Both the position numbers and the translations under genes were made by a program. The notes below the pieces were generated by a model. The model saw nothing but the letters and a program-made list of their open reading frames with translations, did not search any database and was not told the origin of the DNA. Of a stretch of DNA of 64,000 nucleotides, positions 1-11,736 are shown in pieces. The DNA is from Balanoglossus misakiensis. Its lineage: Eukaryota; Animalia; Hemichordata. The first letter of the stretch is position 1. Each line of letters opens with the position of its first letter. Location of the stretch: positions 11,359,477-11,423,476 of the forward strand of contig CM082593.2 in assembly GCA_040954595.2 (NCBI GenBank). Direction: 5' to 3'.

Positions 1-301
1 CTTTGAGCCAATCGATATTCATGGTTTTTCAGCATTTCAGTCGACTATATTTACACCTGTTGCATGTCTTTGCAGTTTTTGACTTGACGCTTACAACCGA
101 GTCGCACCGCACGCAGTACTATCTTGTTGTCTTCATGTTTAGTTGTTGTTTTGCGCACACTATTTGCACAAAAATATCTGCTCGTTTTGTTATCAACGAT
201 CGAGTATATGTTAGGAAGTCCGACATAGAGAACTTTGTTCTAAATATTCAATGCCCCACAAATGATATACTAGACTGCTCGACACACCACACCCCAGCCA
301 T
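1..301 (-). pseudogene. Possible decayed small gene with a CxxC...CxxC zinc ribbon; runs off the window start
   Basis: Minus-strand frame from ATG at 301 reads MAGVWCVEQ...YCVRCDSVVSVKSKTAKTCNRCKYS with three in-frame stops; a minus-strand TATA-like GTATAAAT lies about 30 bp upstream. Confidence 0.25.
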
Positions 302-329
302 ACTCCATTAGTACACGCCACAAACACCG

Positions 330-782
330 TATTTATACAGCCTGAGGGATTTCAGCTTCGAACTTATTGCCCAATCATATTCGACTATTTCCAACCAATC
401 CCCTTCTGACTAATTGACCAATCACACGCTTCGAGCATAATTTCCAAAAAAGGGAAAACTAACGAATTTGCTACATCTTTCCGGTTTCATCTTCAACAGT
501 TTCTAACATTTTTTTGGACCCCCCCCCCCCTCGATAAACACCCATACTCAAAGGGTAACTTCATTTAATTGTCAGTAAATAAAATCAATTCACAGTCTTA
601 TTACATGTACTATTTATAATATACTCAAATTTCCACTACAAAATATCTGTATATGTGCGTTAAATTCTGAAATCTTTCCACCCAAACCTCTAGTTATGCA
701 AATTTAAATTGCTGTCTGTTGCGTTCGCCTACGGTTTCTCATTTTCGGACATTCGAATCTAACTCCTGATTGGCCTATAAAC
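330..782. promoter_or_regulatory. Putative divergent promoter region (TATA and CCAAT boxes)
   Basis: Minus-strand TATAAA at about 332-337; CCAATC at about 372, 395 and 418; plus-strand GATTGG immediately followed by CCTATAAA at about 768-781. Confidence 0.25.
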
Positions 783-1200
783 TTATTTCTTTCATCAACA
801 CTTTCTAACCGTTAACCCGCTGTACCTCCGCATGTCTCCACAAGAGCTAGGAGCTCAGAATCGGATGAACGAGACAAGCGGTCTCTCACGTTTAGTAACC
901 GTAACGCCGTTAAAGGTAGGTTTTCATTGATTCTAATAAGTCTCCGTTCAACAACATTTCAAAGATTCTCCATAACCCAGTAGTTGCCACTGTGCTTCAA
1001 TGAAATATTTCCTTTCAAACTTGCAAATGGTAACCGAATCTCAAATCGCAAATCTTTCCATTTTTAATAACGAAGTCGGATGCCGCAATCACCAACTCAC
1101 TTTTTTATCGGACTCCATCATTCTAATACTTTACTTCAATGTTCAAAAATTGTGTAAAACAATACCCACTCTCAATCTATATTTCAGGTTTAACGGCGTT

Positions 1201-2092
1201 ATGGCATCCCCGGCTCCCGGTCCCTCATCCCCAACCAGCCAAGGCGTGGCACTGAAATTGCGCCTCATGGAGGATGTCGAGATCCGGAATTCCGCCAACG
1301 GGAAACTGTTTAGCGTGCCTTGTATGCAGCAGGATGGCAACGTTCTGGAACTTAAATTCTGGAAAGAAAATCCGAAGTGGCTGAACAGATTACAGAAGGG
1401 AGAATACGTACAGCTCCGCAACTTTTCCACTGGAAGAGATAATACCATTTGCCTCTATGATAGAGCAAAGGTACGTTATAATCGCACCCCGAAACTTATG
1501 GGCCTGACTTTTTTTTTTGCCGTAGTCATTTTGGGTATCTTAACCTCCCATCTTCTACATTTTTAGAAATTTACTCTACAAAATTGAATGACCCATTACA
1601 TTTTAGAGACCTTTCCCGAATTCAACCGAAGCCCAATGGGAAGGTCTTCGGATGTAATCCAATATTGCAGCCTCCATGCGATCACGTACATTGAAAATCC
1701 ATTTATATGATACAACCATGCCTTGTCAACTCAACTCGGGTCAAAATTACTGCCATCGATTCATCATTTTGCAGTTCAAATTTTAAAAAGCAACTGACAA
1801 AAAACCACTCTTGCACTATTTCTCCACAACATTTACTACTCGTAATTATTAACATTCAATGTTTTCCATTTTATTTCCACTACAGTATGAATCAGTGACA
1901 CATACATCGAATTCTACAAAGAGACGTAAACTGACCATAACTGATGGCACAAGAGATGCTTAAGTCAACCTTTGGGGTGAGAAAACAGCGCTGCCACTGG
2001 ATGTAGGTGCCACAGTTAAACTAGGCCCATTGGTTATCAACAGATATAAAACATCGTCCACATTAAATACAACAGCGACAACTGAAGTGGAG
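1201..2092 (+). pseudogene. Spliced OB-fold (RPA-like ssDNA-binding) pseudogene; exons 1188/1201-1470 and 1886-2092
   Basis: Exon A (TTTCAG acceptor at 1187, GTACGT donor at 1471) encodes LELKFWKENPKWLNRLQKGEYVQLRNF. Exon B (TACAG acceptor at 1885, GTGAGA donor at 2093) encodes KRRKLTITDGTRDA*VNLWGEKTALPLDVGATVKLGPLVINRYKTSSTLNTTATTEVE, matching the RPA-type OB pattern (l.D.sg..v.lWge...G..v.l). In-frame TAA at 1961-1963. Confidence 0.55.
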
Positions 2093-2099
2093 GTGAGAC

Positions 2100-3500
2100 A
2101 TAAAATACTGTTCCTGATGCTCCGTGAGAACTGTCAAGTAGCCACGGTTCTAGGCGACATAGGATGGATGTCCACGGTACGGGAGGAGGCCATGCATGTA
2201 TACGGGAAGGAAAAGACCGAAGCCAACCTGCCCGTACCATCCGACGCAGCCATAAAAACCTGCACACTACCTCGGGAGTTCAATCCAGGCCGCGTACGTG
2301 GGGGATTCGTTGGCCATATCTCCCCGCAAGAGCCCACAAGAACCACCACCGCAGCTGACGACCTGGAGGAAACTTTGAGCATCTTCTGGGATCCGCAGCT
2401 GGAAAAACAGGTACTCGGTGGCGACAAGGACCAGGCGATGGAGGTGTTGGAAGGGCCAGACCCACCCCGCACCCGTGTATCACCCCCAATAGCAGTAGCG
2501 AGAGACGGGGGAAACCAACGGCTGCTGCAGGAGCCATCACCCCCACGCCAAGAAATGCTGCCGCTGCAGTCACTGATCAACCCATTGGAGCTGGAAGCGA
2601 CGTTGGAGGCAGGGGAATATCTAATCCCCTGGGAACTTCGACGCCACCCCGGCAGCCATACTAGGTCTAGATCCCCAACCCGGTCGCCGCGACCGGAGCG
2701 TTCTCGAGAGGAAAGGCGGGACCGCCCACCTTCCCGTGAACGACCATCCTTTTCACGCTGGGGAGATGTCAGCCCCAGACGTCGATCACCGATCCGGTAT
2801 CCGACGCCGGAACCACCCAAAGAAGACGAACGCCGCTGGAGGAGCGCCAGGCCGGCCCGAAGGAGCCCCCTATCCTCTGTTCCACATTACTCATCAGGCC
2901 CTTCTCCATGTCCGTTCCCGGGAGGCCGGAGGTCCACGCGCAAACTGAAGAAACACGCCTTTCAGTGCCACCTTCCAGTTATTTTTACTGAGAAGCCGGT
3001 AGTATTCCGCGAGCGGGACGCGGTGGAGGCGTTAGAGAAACTCACCTATACTGGCTGTGTGGTCCAGGAAATGAAATACCCGACCTGCTAGACTTCTATA
3101 TCCGCAGGGGCGGACCTGGACGGATCCCTACGGAATCCTTTTGTTCACCGGAGTCCATGGTGATGATGAAGCGCCTGTGCGTCTTCCAGGGGTGGGAGGT
3201 GCCGAACATGTTCCGACTGAGCTCCCCCACCACACCAGCGATTCTCATCCACTGGCGTGTCCTTAGCATACTGCTGAGGTGGGTATCCCAATCACGACAG
3301 GAAGAATTCCGGGAAATCCGACCTCACCGGAAAACATCATCAATCCGGACACAGCAACCAGAGAGGACGGGGGCGGAAGCAGTCGCACAGAATCCATCGA
3401 CGCAGGGGGAGCGAGGACGCGCCAGGGGGTTTTGATGCATTTTTTATCCCCCAAGCGTGCGCGGAGGAGTGCCGAGTGGAAGACGCGCCCACCACTATAG
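2100..3500 (+). pseudogene. Degenerate GC-rich, Arg/Pro/Ser-rich ORF, probably mobile-element derived
   Basis: GC content jumps; ORF 2030-3091 and frameshifted continuation 3157-3435 contain CPFPG...KKHAFQCHLP and FRLSSPTTPAILIHWRVLSILL, broken by stops and frameshifts. Confidence 0.4.
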
Positions 3501-5569
3501 ATGACCTCACTGACTACGATGTTGGTGTCCCCCCCGCATGTTTAAAGGTTTCTATAGAAAAGCATTGTTGAGGTTCACAAAACTTTGAAGAAGCTTTGCA
3601 ACCCTAACTTAGGCCAAAGATTTGAATGTTAAGGTTTCACAAACGTAGTTACAGCTGAGGTTCAACTAAGACTAGTATAAGAGGCTTCAGCACGCCAAGT
3701 CTTGTAGCAAGCTTCAACACAAAGCTTTTTGCAACATTGTTCAAAGCGTTGTCAAAGGTACTGCACAACCCTGGTGAAGTAGTGCTATATTTTCAATTAA
3801 ATGGCTTAAGCCATTTGTCTCTCCAACCAGAATTGCACCAGAGTTAAATACACACAGCTTGAAATTGTAAAATGTTGCAAAATCAAACGATCACATCCTT
3901 ACACCTATTATTAGAACCAGAAGTTGAGTCAAAATTTTCCTACCAAGAAATTTTCTTTCCTATTAAGTTTTTTGCTTATTGGCATTCATATGGGAGCCTA
4001 GACCTATTCCAGCTGAGTTGCCAAAATGGCAATGTTGGACAATTCTTCTAATATGCATGATCAAAAATGGCCGCCAAATACCTTCTCTAAAATAAAACTT
4101 GGCCCTTTTTTCTCAAAATTATGTGTAATATCTAAAATTTCAGGATTTGCATCCATATTGGTTATGTATTGCAAATATGGCAGTGTTTGGCAACTTTTCT
4201 ATTTTGCATAATCAAAAATGGCCGCCAATCACCACTAAAAGTGAAATTTTGCCATGTTTCCCAAAATGATGCGCAATATCGTATTTTCAGGATTAGCACA
4301 TTCATATGGGTACCTTTAACAATACAACTGTGTTGCAAATTTGGCAGTGTTACCGTACTAATCATGAAGCAAGGAAGTGCAACCTCTGTATCCCAAATAT
4401 ATGTCTATCCCCACTGATAGGAGTCACAAAGAGCCAGCCCCTCTGCATCATCCTGTTCCTCAATCTCACGATGGGAATCCTTTTCAGAATTCCGACCTCA
4501 AAACATCCAGGGATTCACCATCATTCACCACACCCTCGTCAGTATCCACCATGTTTAGATCCAATGCCTGAACATGTTGTCTCTTTATCTATGGATTGCG
4601 TTAAAGGCCAGTGGGAGTTTCATCTCCTTTTTTTGCAATTTTGACCATTTTTATCTGGTGCATAATGCTAGAGTACATATCATCCATACAGGATGATGCA
4701 TGTACAGTGATGGGAAATGTATCAATCCACTCCTGCACTAGATTTGCATACAGCGCCATACCTTTTAGGGCTATTTTCTTGACCCTTTTGATAGTCTGCT
4801 GGCCAAAAGTGGCTGGCCAAAGTGGCCAGCAGAGACATTCTTCCAATACCCTTCATAGTGCCAACAGACAAGGCTTGGATATACAACCTGTGTTGCTTGT
4901 AAGGCACACATCTCCAATTGGTACATTGGGCCAATTATACTGTACATGTACAGCTAGGAAAAAAATATACTTCATCATAGTTTCCATGGTCAGCAGCTTC
5001 AATAACTTGTTGCCTTTTCTTACTGAACATTTAGACTTATAAAGAAGTATAACAAGAATAAAGTTGTCCAATTAGTGTTGGCAGGGGGGTGGGGGATGTG
5101 TTCTCCCATACAAAGGTGTATAGGTATGTAGTCTTTAAGAAAAACTTGGGGTAAATGACCAGAAAAGTTGACTTATAATACAAATAGGTCGGGTTTTGGG
5201 CATTTACACGTGTTGATGTTATCGACTGGGGCGACAGACTACCATCCGAAAAAATTTCAAGTACCCCCCCCCCCTCGGGTGCCGGCCAGTGGGATGGAGG
5301 TGATAGAAACTGTTGCAGATACAATAGAGGCCTACAACCTGAAAACCTTCTGGCTTTAACCGAGGACTTGCCATTAAAGATACCTGTAGGCCCCTATATG
5401 CTGCTCCCACATACACTCCCAGTCCTAAACCTTGCATCTGATTTGTGGTGCAGATGAAGAATTAAGATTGGCTTGACAATTAGCACACTTAATTGCCTGT
5501 TATGAGATATAATACATACAATCATGGGACAAGAATGGCAAAAGTCAAATTATCCAGCAGGTGTTTGAA

Positions 5570-5797
5570 TTATGCAAATTAGAGCAGTTGTCTAATATTG
5601 CCATGTCAACCATGTTGAAATTGTTTTAGGTACCCATATTAATGGAAACCCTGCAAATTCGATATTACACACCATTTAAAACAAATATGGGAAATTAACA
5701 TGTTAGAGAAATTTGGCGGCCATTTTGGATTATGCAAATTAGAACAGTTGTCTAATATTGCCATGTCAACCATGTTGAAATTGTTTTAGGTACCCAG
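5570..5797. repeat. 160-bp tandem repeat, about 1.4 units
   Basis: TATGCAAATTAG(A/G)...TAGGTACCC at 5571 and 5731; same unit is amplified in the right arm. Confidence 0.8.
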
Positions 5798-6322
5798 GAG
5801 AGTTGAATGAAAATGCCATTTGCAATGCAGTTGTCTTGTATTGGGTGCCCATATTAAGGCATTCTTGAAAACGAAACATTATTCATCATTTTGACGCAAA
5901 CAGAAAAGGTGTTCAAATGCAAATTAGAAGAGTTGCCCAACCCTGCCATATTTGCAATACAGTTGTAGTGACTGTCAACTCGACTACAGACAGTCTCGAT
6001 GAACACAAGACATGATCCCCATTTGCAAGCTGAGTTGAAACTGACTGCTGCAGTAACTTAGCTGTGGGAATGTCTTGTGTGATTTAAAACAATGATGACC
6101 AAATTTAACACAGTTTCTCTGAGGTAACCATTTAGCTTTCGTGACTAAGTTTGTTTAAGAATCCTTTATTCTACCCAAGGAACAAATTTCCTTAGAATTT
6201 CACAGCTGAGACACAGTTTACAGATATACAAAAAGTGCGTACTACAAACATAAGAAATTGTTTGCATTTTTTTCTGATGGCAATGCATTTGACTGTAAAC
6301 AGACATTGACGTCCTTTAGTAA

Positions 6323-7147
6323 GGGACTGTTCAGTTTTGGTGGAAGGGGGGGGGGCAAAAGTTTGTGTCATTGGTTTTCAAAATCAGGCCGACACCCCCT
6401 TCAACCAGGACCAAAAAAATGATGACCCCCCCCCCCCCTTTGACAGGACCAAAATATGATGACCCTCCTCCCACCCTGAAAACATTCGCCATCCTTATCT
6501 TATGTACACTGACTGTATGCAATAAAGGTAAAGGGTCTCCTCACACCTCAATTCTAAATTTCTTAAAGAAATTTATAATTTGAAGTGTATAATAGTATAG
6601 CGTTGCAATAAAGAAGTCTATGGATAAATTAAAAGGACACGTCAATACAATAGTTGGTAGAATTGGTAAAACAAGAAAAGTGGAAGGGGTGGGTGTACGT
6701 AGGACAATTTTGTAAAATACAATTAATGCATTTTAATGAACTCATAGGCAAATTAACTTAATGTTGGGGAGGACAAATTTGACTTTTGCCACTCAAAGTT
6801 AACATCAGTGGGGGTGGGATGGCAAGTATTCTGCCCTGGTACACTATATGTGGCGAAGAAATAAGGGGATGGGTGTGGGAGGGGATGTCCCCCTTCCACA
6901 TAAGAAAACTTTGTAAAATATGTAGCTCAAAGTTGCATTTTAATGAAGTCAAAAGCAAATTATCTCAATGTTTGAATGGACCAATTTTACTGTTGCCACT
7001 CCACTCAAAGTTAGCATCGGTGGGTACATGTATATGACCTCCCCCCTAAACGTTTGAAAAAAAGATGACTCCCTCTTTTGGATTTCAAAATTTAAGTGAC
7101 CCCCTGGATTTTGCCAGCCTCCCCCCACCGTAAAACTGAATGGTCCC
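6323..7147. mobile_element. Non-autonomous TIR element (PIF/Harbinger-like MITE), TAA on both flanks
   Basis: Termini GGGACTGTTCAGTTTT and AAAACTGAATGGTCCC; TAA at 6320-6322 and 7148-7150; absent from paralogous sites at about 22860 and 28745. Confidence 0.75.
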
Positions 7148-8782
7148 TAAGCGCTATTTTGTCAGTGAAATGGCTCCATTATTATCCCTCCAACCATAGT
7201 TGAAACGGAGTTAAATATGTACAGCTTGAAATCATAAAATGTTGCAAAATTGAACCAAGAGTTTGGTCAATGATCAAGTTCTTACAGCTATTACTAGAAC
7301 CATACAGTCTCAGCGAACAAGAGACATTGGTCCGATTTGCAAGCCGAGTTGGAACTGACTTTGCCTGCACACAGATGTGCCAATTTCAGCGAATCTTATC
7401 GTATTTAAAAATGAATATGGAGAATTGTTATCTGTGTTCCTATTGCTAGCCTACATACATGTAGCTGTTGTCATTCTAGTGTTTTTTTTTCTGTATACCA
7501 AAATTGTCTGGACGATGAGCATGCAGAATTTTTCTGATGCTTCTTACTGGCAGAAGGACCACCAGTTGCAGATTTTCATTTCTACGGCACAAGGGAATTT
7601 TATACTTTGCGTGCAAATATAAATCCTGTTAAATTCTATATATTCTTTATTGGGGATTCAAAAGTATAATAATAATTGATAGTGTTAGTACCTCTATTCC
7701 AAAAAAGCATGCTGTGAGTGTGCGTGTGATTGTGATCAATATCGTAGTTTCAAAATTTGCAGTGTGCCAGTTCAACACATAGCATAACAATGGTAAAGCA
7801 CATGTGTGAATTTCGTGAAATTGGGGAGTGTATCTTACACGGCCATGGCTATCACATTTGCACATGATGGCTTACATTAAAATGTGTTGTCTATCACGGT
7901 TATTTAAATAACATAAAACATCTGATATCTACAGAAACAGTACTATTATAGTGGAAAACATGACAAAAATATTCAAGTAGTATATCACTCACATTTTGTG
8001 TTATGAAGACATGGCCAAACTGTTTGGGATACTTTTATCAAATGTTATGTGATACTATATCAGCCTGTTTTGGGGATCTTGACAATGACATATATTAGAC
8101 TTTTCATACACAGCATGAGGTAGAATTTTAGAAACGATTAGGTAATAAGACTGCATATCTCATAGGAAATAATCACTTTAGAAGTATTACGATAAAAAAA
8201 ATCATTTCACTCTTATTGGGAGCATACATTTGTAAAACATACATACAGACATGAATACAGACATAGAGAGATCAAGGTGTATACAATTTTCAGTGGGGGA
8301 GGGGGTCCTCCTTAATTGCAAACTACTATGTAATGGTAATTTCTCTTTTATAATAACAATTTTTGAGGTATACGGAAAAAATATCTAACAAAATAAACAA
8401 AACAACTAATTCAGCTATGATTTGATTCAATTATCATTCTAAAGAAGCACATATCATTAACTCACAACTAAACTTTTAAAGTGATCAACCATGCACTTTC
8501 TGAGAATTTTTTTATGCCCCCAAAATACAATTTTTTCATTTTCAGAACATTTATGATATATCACAGTAAAAAAATCCCCTGGAAACTGCAAAACAAAAAA
8601 TTGCAAAGCAATCAAACAAAAATGGCAAAAATTGTCCACAAAAACTATATTGACACTTCCATCATAGGATTTGTTAAAATGTCGTGATAACACACCTAGG
8701 AACCTGCAAACCAAATTTCAAAGAACTGTGAGTAGAGGTTTTTGAGTATTTGACCAAAATCACCCCAAAAATATACTTCAAA

Positions 8783-11133
8783 CCAGATATTAACTGAATA
8801 TGCTCACGTGCAGTACTGTGATTGGTTGACAGAATAACAAGATTAGAAAAACCAGTGTTAAACCAATTTGGTTTATAGTGTATATGGTGTAAGGGTTGTG
8901 TGTTGCACCATTGTGAAATGTAAACATGTTTGTGGAATTGTTGCCTTGTCAATTTTTGTAAGGGGTTATGAGTCATGTACCCCATCCTGAACTGCATAAA
9001 AAGATAAGTCTATGGAATTCTAAAACTCGTTGATCAAAAATGGCAAGAAATATACCAAAAAGTATGAATATTTCACCAGATTTCAACAAATCTGATTTCT
9101 GTTCATGCCTAAGAACCTCTTTAACAAGTTTCAATAAGGAAGACATTTTGGCAAACAACAGGTAATTCAGACAAATCTGACTGATATCACATATATGAAT
9201 TCCCATTCAAAGTTTCCAATCAATTGGACTTGTGGTTTTACTGAAGACTATTTGGCCAAACCCTGCAGAATTCCCAAAAAATACAGTTAGGCAAATTTCT
9301 TTACAATTTGATCATATCTGACTGAGATCACCCCTAGAAACCCAAATACAAAGTATCAAAACAATTGCACTTACAGTTTCACAGGATTTGATTTTTTGAC
9401 AAAAACAGGAAATATTGCCCAAAAATGCATTTTTGCAAATTTCACCACCGTTTGCACAAATGTGATTCAGGTAAGCCCTATGAACCTCCATACCAAGTTT
9501 CCAATCAATTGGACATGTAATTTCAGAGAAGAAATTTTTTTAACAAAACTACAGAAAATTCTCCCAAAAATTCATAAAAAATAGCAAACGCCAGATACTG
9601 ACTCCACCTGAACAAAATCATACGAGGTCTTCCCATAGTACTTGCACACCAATGCACGCCAATTTTTAACTGAATCTGATCCGCTGTTATTAAGTTTTTC
9701 AATTTTGACTATTTGAACATTTTTCGAGTTATTAATACCAGTATGCATTTTTTCGCAATAACAATTTCTATGTACACACTAAATATCAGTAGTTTCAAGT
9801 TTTTGATGTTGATGGACATACACATACATACATCAATACATTTAGACGAAACTGATCCATTCGCAAAATACATAATTCTGTATGAGGCACACATACAGAC
9901 ATACATAGACGACGGACACCAACTTATGCTATAAGCTGACATTGATATACATGTTAGCCAAAAACCAAAATCAACCTCAAAATAGACATTAAAATATATT
10001 GCACCACCATGAGAAGACAAATTCATTCTTCGACAAATTTTCTGGGGCGTCATTGATATAGCATGGCATATTGTCAAAGTACGTAGTCTCTGTGATAAGA
10101 TTCCATACACACAAAATGGTAACCTTGGAAGTCCAGCTGACGTAGTTATGCAATGGCGCCTCGTGTATTCCGTCGCCAAAAAATCATCGTAAAATTGATA
10201 GTCGGGGTCACAATTCAAGACGACTTTCTCTAAATTCTTTATGAATGGATTAAATCGAAATCGAAATGTTGACGTATGACGTACGGAATGAGATCTGAAC
10301 AGACATTCAATGTTATCATTCTCGCTCGATCACATATTGGGTAAGCCATCTAGCAATCGCTATATAGTATTGGCGATAACAGACTGTCTATAAACTCACA
10401 AAACGGATTTAACTGTTGAGTGTGATCAACCGCCACGTTGTTTTTCTCTGAACAATAGACAAATAGAAAGCCTGGTGACATTTTGAGATTGACTGCGTGA
10501 GGACCACAATATGCGTGAATCATTTACGGTTTGTCTTGATGAATGGGTCACGTCATAGTCATAACGCGGATTCGGCTGCACGCCAACTATCCGCCATATT
10601 GTTTCCACTAACTTACTCGTAAGTAGTTTCAAACTTCATTTGAAAAGAGTATTCGTCTGACGGTCCTGTAGATTAACAATTTACGCTCTATGAAGCAACT
10701 AAACAACGTTAGCTTCCTTTTGGATTCACGTAGGGAAGTTATTCGTAACGACGGGTACATCGTCTGAGCATGGACAGAACAACGGCAATATCGCCAGGAA
10801 TGTCTCATTTCACAGCGCCCTCAAACAGTCGATCTCCTCAAACTATCGTTTCCACTGGTCATATATGCGACATTAACGAAAGCTCACATAGACAACCATG
10901 TAATAGAAAAATTAAAACTTAAATAACTTCATTAATATCAAAGCCACACCCACCAAAACCTTTTCAGTTCTTGCCATATGATATCTGAACCTGTGTACTA
11001 AATTTGGTTGAAATCGGTTCAGCGGTTCTTGAGATATCGGGTATACAGACAGACACACACACACACATACATACATACACACACACACACAGACATCGCT
11101 AAACCATAAGCTCACGTGATTTTCACGTGAGCT
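8783..11133 (-). mobile_element. Helentron-associated non-autonomous element (HINE/DINE-like) with nested inserts
   Basis: Minus-strand 5' end TTTT-AGCTCACGTG-aaaat-CACGTGAGCT then TG/TGTA microsatellite; 3' end CACGTGAGC plus short hairpin and TT. Empty site ATACTTCAAAAATGAAAA seen in the paralogous arm at about 27632-27650. Confidence 0.7.
9040..9960 (-). mobile_element. Second, degenerate HINE-like element nested in the previous one
   Basis: Minus-strand TTTTT-GGCTAACATG-tatat-CAATGTCAGC hairpin, then GTCCGTCGTCTATGTATGTCTG microsatellite and the CCATCAACATCAAAAACTTGAAA core shared with the 11.7 kb element; left boundary approximate. Confidence 0.55.
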
Positions 11134-11736
11134 AAAAATGAAAAAAAATCCATGAGGTCTCAAAATGAATACACACCAATTTCTAAAGCAATTTGACCAG
11201 TTTCCACCAATTTCACATTGGTCCCAGTGGTAGATAGACATATACGAAATGGGAACCAAAGAATAAAACACATTTCAAAGATTTAACACATCTTTTTCCT
11301 CAAGAGTGTTTTTCAAATCTTCTCCACATCCTTCAAAATCGCCACCATAAAGCCATATTACTTGTAGTGCTTATGTTTGTCATATCTAGGTGATGCATAC
11401 CACCAGAGATGTGTACCCTTTGTATAGAGGCAGATTAAACAGGTGTGGTACCTGTTAAATATCTGACTTCTTTAAATTACAGCCACAATCGTCTGTCAAC
11501 AAGATGTTCATGTAGATGTATACCTAGCAGTAAGCTTATTTAGATTGACAAATCTTAGATGAAAATAATGAAAAAGTGGCACAACCCTTAGGGCTTTAAC
11601 TAGCAGCTTTATGCCAGATGAGTTCGAGTCTAACGATGTAATGTTGACATTAAGGTTTCATTGAAATAACTTGGGAACCTCTCTACTATTTGAAGCACCA
11701 AAGCTGTGAAAAACTTCCTTCTTTCCCTGAGTTTTT

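Noticed and set aside
2134-2820. 228-aa minus-strand ORF
   Set aside because: Antisense shadow of the GC-rich plus-strand frame; low complexity.
4360-4890. Exon-like minus-strand segment (QQTIKRVKKIALKGMALYANLVQEWIDTFP)
   Set aside because: Multiple stops and no recognisable domain; cannot be supported as a gene.
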